DNA of 64,000 bases, taken from assembly GCA_051294375.1 (NCBI GenBank), contig JBJCIZ010000239.1, positions 4,843,581 through 4,907,580 on the forward strand. Reading direction: 5' to 3'. Made by a program: the position numbers and the translations under genes. The notes beneath the pieces are model-generated. The model made no database searches, was not told the origin of the DNA, and saw only the letters and a program-made list of their open reading frames with translations. Every line of letters begins with the position of its first letter. Within the stretch, counting starts at the first letter, position 1. Shown here piece by piece: positions 63,358 through 64,000 of this stretch. The stretch is from Paraspadella gotoi (lineage: Eukaryota > Animalia > Chaetognatha).

Positions 63358-64000
63358 TAATTGATAAAAGATTCTATTTGAATCGAGATTCAAAAGTCGA
63401 TGGTAAAGTCGATGAAAAAATCGCCGACAAAGTCGCCAACAAAGTCACCGGCGAATTCGGAGCATTTCGGCGGCGTGGAGATTTTCTATTTTTGTCATAT
63501 CCAAATCTCCGTCGTTGTATAGGGGTTGGAGAGGCAGGTGAAGAGCAACGGGCTTTTTTTGAATTTGCTTTTCAAGAGTTTTAGTTTTTATCAATCATGA
63601 TTCTTTTAACTTCAGTTAAATTTTGTTTTAATTCTACATCGCTCACTAATCCACGAATTTCTTCAAAGATTATCTTTGGGTGGCTAGTATTTACGACTGA
63701 TGGAAGAATTATTAATTGTAGACAAATCAAAACAAAGCATTTAAGAGCAATTAAAATTTTTGTTGTTGAAAGGCGTGTTTACAAGATGGTTACATATTTT
63801 TACTCTGTTACTGGAGAAAGCGATGCCTTTTTATTCGTGTACAATTGTTTAGTTACGTTTAAGATCGATAGAATCATTTGTTTTCGTTGAATATCTGAAT
63901 AGGGTTCCGTTAACCTAGGACTAAGCTCTGACGAACAAAGCCCGAGGTTTTTTATAAATATAGAAAATATTAACCAAAATCTTTTGAAAATTCAACCCTT
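63358..64000. repeat. Direct repeat of 56158-56800, running to the window end
   Basis: Direct comparison. Confidence 0.85.

Overview
AT-rich eukaryotic (probably invertebrate) genomic DNA from a noisy, gap-filled long-read assembly, with 10-, 25- and 100-N gaps and many indels. Bases 1-39.3 kb are mostly one SSR-rich locus repeated in alternating orientations, probably fold-back or haplotype artefacts. Inside it is a 5'-truncated ~13.6 kb BEL/Pao-related LTR element (eroded pol, gag, Ulp1-like ORF, PPT, 3' LTR), whose empty site is visible in the inverted copy. The main host gene is a tandemly duplicated spliced gene (41.6-46.1 kb; partial copy 51.6-55.6 kb). It appears to encode an ankyrin-like N-terminus, an acidic linker, an IRE1/RNase L-type pseudokinase and, across a probable 1-nt frameshift, an MS4A/CD20-like four-TM domain. 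Small elements nearby include a TRIM with tRNA-like LTRs, two minimal hammerhead ribozyme cores, a non-autonomous Tc1/mariner element, Helentron-type elements and a degenerate Gypsy-like gag. All protein family calls are by eye; no database search was run.
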